Both the position numbers and the translations under genes were made by a program. The notes under the pieces are model-generated. The model saw nothing but the letters and a program-made list of their open reading frames with translations, ran no database searches and had not been told where the DNA came from. Shown one piece after another: positions 56,733-64,000 of a stretch of 64,000 bases of DNA. The DNA is from Octopus vulgaris. Its lineage: Eukaryota. Numbering within the stretch: the first letter of the stretch is position 1; each line of letters begins with the position of its first letter. The DNA is taken from contig OX597816.1 of the NCBI GenBank assembly GCA_951406725.2, positions 42,222,001-42,286,000 of the forward strand, read 5' to 3'.

Positions 56733-57618
56733 TGTTATCCAATGGGCAGAAAAGAACAATATGCTGCTGAACGAGGATAAATCCACTTTGGAAAAGAGGA
56801 TGCCCTGAAACTCCCATACTCCCTTCTTTCAGGTGAAACTCTCGTGGCATCCAACAACATTAGAGACTTGGGAGTAATTGTGGACAACTACATAAGCTGG
56901 GCCACTCATATGAACACCAAAGTTGACATGGCCCGCAGAATGTGTTCCTGGATTCTCAGAATTTTCCAGTCGAGAGATATCCACACCATTATCCTTCTCT
57001 TCCCCACATTTGCCCGACCCCACATTCAATACTGTTGTCCACTGTGGTCTCCCCACACAAAACAAAGTATCATAAAAGTTGAAGCACCTCAAAGGTCAAT
57101 CACACAAAAGATAGATGGCATGACAGGCCTCGACTACTGGGGTCGACTATAAAAGCTAAAACTTTATTCTCTCCAACGTCGCCGTGAGCGCTACATCATC
57201 TGCATGATGTAGAAAATATTCCATCAGCATTGCCCAAATGATGTTGGCATCACCTTTTAGGTACATCCAAAGCTTGGGCCCCGTGTTATCCGCCCACAAC
57301 AAAAATCGCACTCTCATCTCATAACAACAATGCGGCACAATTATTTCACCTCAATTGGCCCCGCTCTCTTTAACATTACACCAAAGCACGTTAAAACAGA
57401 AACAGACCCTATAGGGTTCAAGAAGTCTTTGGACAGATTCCTTCAAGAAATCCCAGATAAACCTCCTACAATTGGATATGTCTCTGTAAACAATAACTCT
57501 CTACTAGAGTGGGCCATAGTGCCCAAATTCTGACTTGAAAGACTTCACGAGGTGGTGCTATTAAGTTAGACATGGTCTGGGCCAATAATGGCCGAAACCT
57601 ATTAAAGTATCAAAGTAT
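56730..57618 (+). mobile_element. CR1-group LINE 3' fragment (RT C-terminus plus 3'UTR) between (TA)n tracts
   Basis: RDLGVIVD, RPHIQYCCPLWSPH, LYSLQRRRER, FKKSLDRFL motifs; in-frame stops. Confidence 0.88.
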
Positions 57619-57654
57619 ATGCATATATTCTTGTGCAACGTCCTTGCTTTCTAA

Positions 57655-57773
<119 letters not shown>

Positions 57774-57827
57774 ATTATAAGTATATGAAAGAATGGAGTT
57801 GAATGACTAGTTAACAAATATCCTTTA

Positions 57828-57909
57828 TTCTCGACATATGTTTCGAAGGCTGCATGTTCCTAATTCCGAAGGAATAAGGAGTACATTATGCAGATTTTTC
57901 ATCAGGAAA
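57828..57909 (-). ncRNA. Hammerhead ribozyme type I
   Basis: Minus strand tttc-CTGATGA-..ctgcat..atgcag..-GAAA-catatg-TC-gaga; palindromic stem III; inside a short insert between (TA)n tracts. Confidence 0.7.
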
Positions 57910-58050
57910 GTCAAGGAACATATGTCGACATCAAAATGCACAAAAAACTTTTAGCTGACCGCTCTCTTGTGTTCTTTCTGATGTGAATTTGCTACCCAGG
58001 TATCGGTTATCTTTCGAATTATCCTTAATAAGATAATTCATTCAACTACT

Positions 58051-58090
<40 letters not shown>

Positions 58091-58546
58091 ACGCAAAAAA
58101 AGATACTACAGAATTGCTTGGATATACATGGCGTAATTGATAAACTATACCTGTTCAAGTATCATGAAAGTATGAAATTATAAGTAGGTTTTTTTCGGTT
58201 GAGTATTCAAATTGATATTTATCTATCACTGGATGGAGACATTTTGGGCTGATTCTACCTATATTGGTCATACATATTTTGTGGGATGCCTATTTACTTA
58301 CATCACATCTATCTTTTTGTATGCGTGTGCGCGGGTTCGTCTCTGTATTTGGCTCCCGTCATCACGTGACAATCAATGCTGCTGTGTTTATGTCACTATA
58401 AACAAGCAGTTTGGCAAACCAGACCGATAGAATATGTACGAGCCATACCATAATTCGGGTCGATTTATTTGACTAAAATCCTTTAAGGCGGTACACCAGC
58501 ACGGCTGCAGTCAAATGACTAAAACTAATGAAAAAATAAAAGAATA

Positions 58547-58975
58547 GGCGCAGGAGTGGCGGTGTGGTAAGTAGCTTGCTAACCAACCACATGGTTCCGG
58601 GTTCAGTCGTCCCACTGCGTGGCATCTTGGACAAGTGTCTTCTGCTATGGCCCCGGGCCGACCAATGCCTTGTGAGTGGATTTGGTAGATGGAAACTGAA
58701 AGAAGCCTGTCGTATGTATATATATATATATATATATAAGTGTGTGTGTATATGTTTGTGTGTCTGTGTTTGTCCCCCTAGCATTGCTTGACAACCGATG
58801 CTGGTGTGTTTACGTCCCCGTCACTTAGCGGTTCGGCAAAAGAGACCGATAGAATAAGTACTGGGCTTACAAAGAATAAGTCCCGGGGTCGATTTGCTCG
58901 ACTAAAGGCGGTGCTACATCATGGCCGCAGTCAAATGACTGAAACAAGTAAAAGAGTAAAAGAGAAAAAGAGTAA
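58547..58975 (+). mobile_element. SINE family A, full length; an older partial copy lies at ~58340-58540
   Basis: Reverse-complement match to 47511-47927. Confidence 0.88.
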
Positions 58976-59289
58976 TACAGGGAAGTGTATGTGTGTGTAT
59001 GTGTGTGTGTGGGTGCATGCGTGCCTATTTCTCAATATTTCTTTATATTTGGTGCTACTAAAACATCACATCCAGGATGTATTTTATCATGAAACATCCA
59101 TCATCATTCTACTAAGATCATGCTAAATCAATACTGGAAGGCAGTTCGGATAAGCAATACTTTGCTGCTAACACCATCACTGCTTCACACCCCAAGGAAG
59201 ATTGTTCTACTGGTTCGTACGGAATCTTATATGAACACAGAACAGCTTATGATGTTCCACCATTCACTTTCGTCTTCCTTCCCTCTTTA

Positions 59290-59500
59290 ATTGTTTCAGT
59301 GATTTGACTGTGGACATGCTGGAGCACCACCTTTAGTCGAGCAAATCGACCCCAGTACTTATTCTTTGTAAGCCGAGTACTTATTCTATCGGTCTCTTTG
59401 CCGAACCGCTAAGTTACGGGGACGTATACACACCAGCATCGGTTGTCAAGTGATGTTGGGGGACAAACACACACAGACACACAAACATATACACACACAC
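59290..59500 (-). mobile_element. SINE family A, 3' half
   Basis: Matches 47538-47740. Confidence 0.85.
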
Positions 59501-59514
59501 ATACATAAATATAT

Positions 59515-59554
<40 letters not shown>

Positions 59555-59814
59555 TCGTAATACAATATAAGGATAAAAATCACGTTCATAAATTTTATCA
59601 GATAACCTGCATGCTATAACAATTTATTGAAAATTTATACATTAAATCAATATTAATATACATATGTATACTATTATATTAATGGAGCAAGGGCGAAATT
59701 GCATGCTTGAATGTATCGACATTTCATAAATGGTGGGATACGGTTGTTTACGCCCTTGCTCCCTTAACATAATTATATGTATATTATAATTAATTTTATA
59801 TATCTTTATATGTG

Positions 59815-59861
<47 letters not shown>

Positions 59862-60051
59862 GAGTGCAGGAGTGGATGTGTGGTTCCGGGTTCAGTCCCA
59901 CTGCGTGCCACCTTGGGCACGTGTCTTCTACTATAACCTCGGGCCGACTAAAGTGGATTTGGACAGAAACTGAAATAAGCCTGTGGTATATACATATACA
60001 TATATATACATATACAAGCATACGTGCTTGTATATACATATACATATACAT

Positions 60052-60134
<83 letters not shown>

Positions 60135-60355
60135 TGTGTATATGTTTGAGTGTCGGTATTTGTCCCCCAGCCTCGCTTGACAACCGATGCTGGTGTGTTT
60201 AGCTCCCTGCAACTTAGCGGTTTAGCAAAAGAGACCGACAGAATAAGTATTAGGCTAACAAAGAATAAGTCCTGGGGCTGATTTGCTTGAGTAAAGGGGG
60301 TGCTCCACCATGGCCGCAGCAAAATGACTGAAGCATTTAAAACAGAGTAAAAAAT
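59862..60355 (+). mobile_element. SINE family A with deletions and expanded internal (TA)n
   Basis: Colinear with 58547-58975. Confidence 0.8.
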
Positions 60356-60420
60356 AGTATATACATATATATATATATACTCTCTTTTACTCTCTCTATA
60401 TATATATACTCTTTTACTCT

Positions 60421-60489
<69 letters not shown>

Positions 60490-60741
60490 TATATATATAT
60501 ATTTATATATATTCACTTATTTATATATGCCCATAAACATTCTTGGATATTCATTTAAAGTGTGAATCAACGCCCAAGAGCTTCGATGATTACACTTAAT
60601 ATGTCAAGCTGCTTGATGTATGCCGTGCACGAAACCCCGAAAACCCCGGACGTTGAATCATCTCGTAACTTCATGCAAATTTGAAAAGAAAAGATATGTA
60701 TAGTACTTACATGCATATATATATACACATATATATGTATG

Positions 60742-60791
<50 letters not shown>

Positions 60792-60853
60792 TCTGAATCT
60801 ATATTATCTTCCACGCGTACGACACGTTTATGTATGTACACACACACACACAC

Positions 60854-60898
<45 letters not shown>

Positions 60899-61362
60899 CA
60901 TATATATATATATATGTATATATAGACATGTCGTACGCGTAGAAGAAGATAATATAGATTCACACTTATTTACCTATATAACCGATACTTTATTTCCTTG
61001 AAGCACTTGAATCTCAGAATATGATAGATCGTCAACAGGTACACACATACAATATTTCAATGCGCTTGTCTCTTTTTACTGCATGTTGATGTACCTACTA
61101 TAATATTATATACTTGGTTTTTTCTTCTATTATTTTATATTTCTCATAGCATGTTGTAATGTTTTTTCTACACAACAATATATGTTCATTTTGCAGATAT
61201 CACCTCTGGAATATTTTCTTATACAAATGATCGTTTTACTGATTTTCATTGATTCTTGTTGATGTAATATATCGATTTAACGAATATTGCTCAGTACTAT
61301 ACCTGCCCCAGGGACGCATGTTGTACCAACTGTATTAGCTGCATGAGTAGATGTTACACATT

Positions 61363-61415
<53 letters not shown>

Positions 61416-61482
61416 CGACAAAGTGGTAATTTCTATGTTGAAGCTATACACACAAACAAATATATATATATATTTATATACA

Positions 61483-61690
61483 TACAAGTGAGTGTTGAAA
61501 AGTTCCTGGCTTTGGGGAACGGGATTACAGGAGAATTACTTCGTTATGATTTTATTTAACATAGTCTCCTTTCAGATTTACAGACTTATTGCAGGAATCC
61601 TTCGATATTTCTAAACATTGTAAAATAATTCTAACCAAGCCTTCTGCGTCACCTGTAAAGCTAGAAAAAATTCCAGCACCCACTCATATA
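61483..61690. mobile_element. mariner-like non-autonomous remnant; related piece at ~43230-43400
   Basis: tacaagtgagtgttgaaaagttcctggc resembles mariner ITRs; cagatt..ttgcag..ccttc.atttt ctaa segment shared with 43270. Confidence 0.45.
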
Positions 61691-61706
61691 TATATATTTG
61701 GATTTA

Positions 61707-61737
<31 letters not shown>

Positions 61738-61753
61738 TATATATATATATATA

Positions 61754-61788
<35 letters not shown>

Positions 61789-62649
61789 AATCCCAAAAAC
61801 ATAACATCACGAAGACATGGTACGTGTAAACTATTAGCATACGCTCAGAGTAGTGAAGAAATATAGTTTAACACTTCGGGCAACGCTTCGAAAAAAAAAA
61901 AAAAAAAAGAAAGTCCAATAGAAAGGAAGACGGATGAATAAAATCGCCTACGATTCACATGTGGTTACTTTTTGAAATTATATACATATATATAATTATA
62001 TTTTGAAATTATATATATATAATGAGGCCCTAAGTAAATGCAACCACCGCTCGTTTCATACTTTCAAATTGTACCACAAATCTAAATGCCATCTAAATAA
62101 CCACACAGTATATATCCACAACATTACTTAACTTCCCATTATCTCCATTTTAATTTTTAATCTTTAATTTTTTAACTCTCCTCTCATACTTTAAGGACCT
62201 CAATCAGTTAATACTACACATATGAACATGCAGCTGTACGTGTGTTTTGCATGTATATATATATGTATGTATGTATATTTATGTGGGTATATCATTCTAA
62301 TCATACATATCTCTACCCCCATCTATCCACAAATACTACCAATACATTCTCAAATTTTCATTCACAGCACAAAACCGTTTCCAAGTAGCAACACAGAATC
62401 CACGGCTCCATAATTTGAAATGACTAAACATAAAATACTAAACTTTTTTTTAGTAACTAGTTCCAAAATATGTTCATCGTTTCTGCACAGGATCTATCAT
62501 ATAGCTACTTTGCTGCTAACGTTTTCGTTTGAAATATTATTAAATGTACTGGCAACAACTGTTACGTAGCAAACCCGTTCCCCCCTTCTCAAAAACCAAG
62601 ATATTTGGAATGTTATGCACTAGGAAATTATTCGTTTTGGATAGGGGAT

Positions 62650-63990
62650 CCCCCCAAATTTTAACCTCCTCATACTCAGTCACATGTTTAGATGTTTATG
62701 CATACGACTTGTATTCTTAAAATTTCCCAGTAGATGCTCCTTGCAAATATAATATTTCTTCAAGATTTGTGCTGTTTATGTCTGAATTTGGAACCTTCTC
62801 TTACACTGTGTCACTCTTTCTTTTCGCTCATCACATATCCTGCACAATGAATAGGCATTGGCTCCTGTCCTACATTTCGTCCTATTTGCCCAGAGAACAA
62901 TTCCATTTTTAACCAATTTCAATTGTCTCCCAGTATTTCTACTTTAGTTTTCTCTTTTCATGTTTGCATAGGTTACTTTAGCTAGCAGTTCGTCAGTAAT
63001 TTCGATAAGATACTCATAGAAACTTTTCAGTTCCATGTTTATACAGTCCGCTACACTGATGAGTCCCCTTCGTTCAGTTTCACAATTCCTATACAGCCTG
63101 AGTAAATTTGCTCTGCTTTCATACAACGTCTTCTAAATTGTCAGATTCTCCGGGTTTTTCGATCAATATATTGCACTTCCTCCTTATTCTAATTTACAAG
63201 ATCTACTATATACATAACTCACAATTGAATCTACCCTTCAATTTATTACCTTTACAATGTTTCTAGAATATAACTTAGATATGTATATGAACTTGATCAT
63301 TCTAAATTACACCTTTGAAATGGTTTCCTTTATATCGCTGTTTTTGATGCAATCTGATTATAAGAGTCTTAAATGTTTGTATTCTTGACTTCCTTCTAAA
63401 CTTTTCATTACATGATTATTTGGCGGTTTAAGACTTCGACTCTGCTTTACCTTCCCACTTTTGAGTAACAACATGGCACATTTATCGCTACCAAATACCA
63501 TGCCTATGACATGACTGAAAATTTTTACCGTTTTCCACAATGTGCTAAGTTGATATTCATATTCCTTTTAAATTTGCTAAGCAGAGAAGATGCTTCGCCA
63601 CGACTTTATTTCTCAAATTATATCCTGCTTTAATATTCCACTAAAATATCGACAGAGGTTTGAATATCACTACAAACAAAAGTCCTGAGAGACTGTCTCC
63701 CTGCATCATTCCTCTTCTGATATTTACTATAAACTGAGACATTCATGAAGATGATAACTCAGTTTTAGAGTCTGTGATAGTTCTTTCCAGCAATCTTTGT
63801 AATCCCCTGCCATTCCAGGTATCTCCATTCATTTACCTGCCCAGCTGTAAGGCACCATATCATATGCCTTATGTAATCTATTTTCACCATTCCTAGTCCA
63901 AGTAATATTCATTTACCTTTCCTTATATAATCTTATCTATTAACATTTATCTCTTACAAATTTTACAAAAGTACAAAATTTTTAAAGTTT
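62650..63990 (-). pseudogene. Degenerate R4-like LINE RT region
   Basis: IGMVFGSDKCA..K.GK, YKHL, RLY...RRGLIS; ...QGDSLSGLLF remnant near 63690-63710. Confidence 0.75.
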
Positions 63991-64000
63991 CATAGCTATC

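Noticed and set aside
63055-63070. CTGATGAgtcc
   Set aside because: Antisense of the RGLIS codons of the R4 relic; no GAAA partner

Overview
AT-rich eukaryotic (non-bacterial) DNA dominated by (TA)n, (CA)n and (AAT)n microsatellites and transposable elements. The SINE families resemble those of Octopus/cephalopods (my recognition, not a database result). Most ORFs in the track are microsatellite artefacts. Supported content: a young 5'-truncated R4/Dong-type RT+RLE LINE plus two near-identical 3' stubs in (AAT)n; an internally deleted HERO-like element; degenerate R4, Tx1/L1-like, CR1-like and Penelope (GIY-YIG) elements; a non-autonomous Helitron; piggyBac-like and pogo/Tigger-like MITEs; a decayed LTR element; and many tRNA-derived SINEs. 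The most striking signal is at least 6-7 short non-coding elements with no obvious similarity to one another, mostly wedged between TA-type microsatellites. Each carries a type I hammerhead-ribozyme fold, often with a palindromic stem III, and several have a tandem-plus-fold-back layout, as in Penelope pLTRs or retrozymes. One is fused to a tRNA-like Pol III head and one has a non-canonical core. Two possible host exons lie on the minus strand but are unidentified. Coordinates of degenerate elements are approximate.
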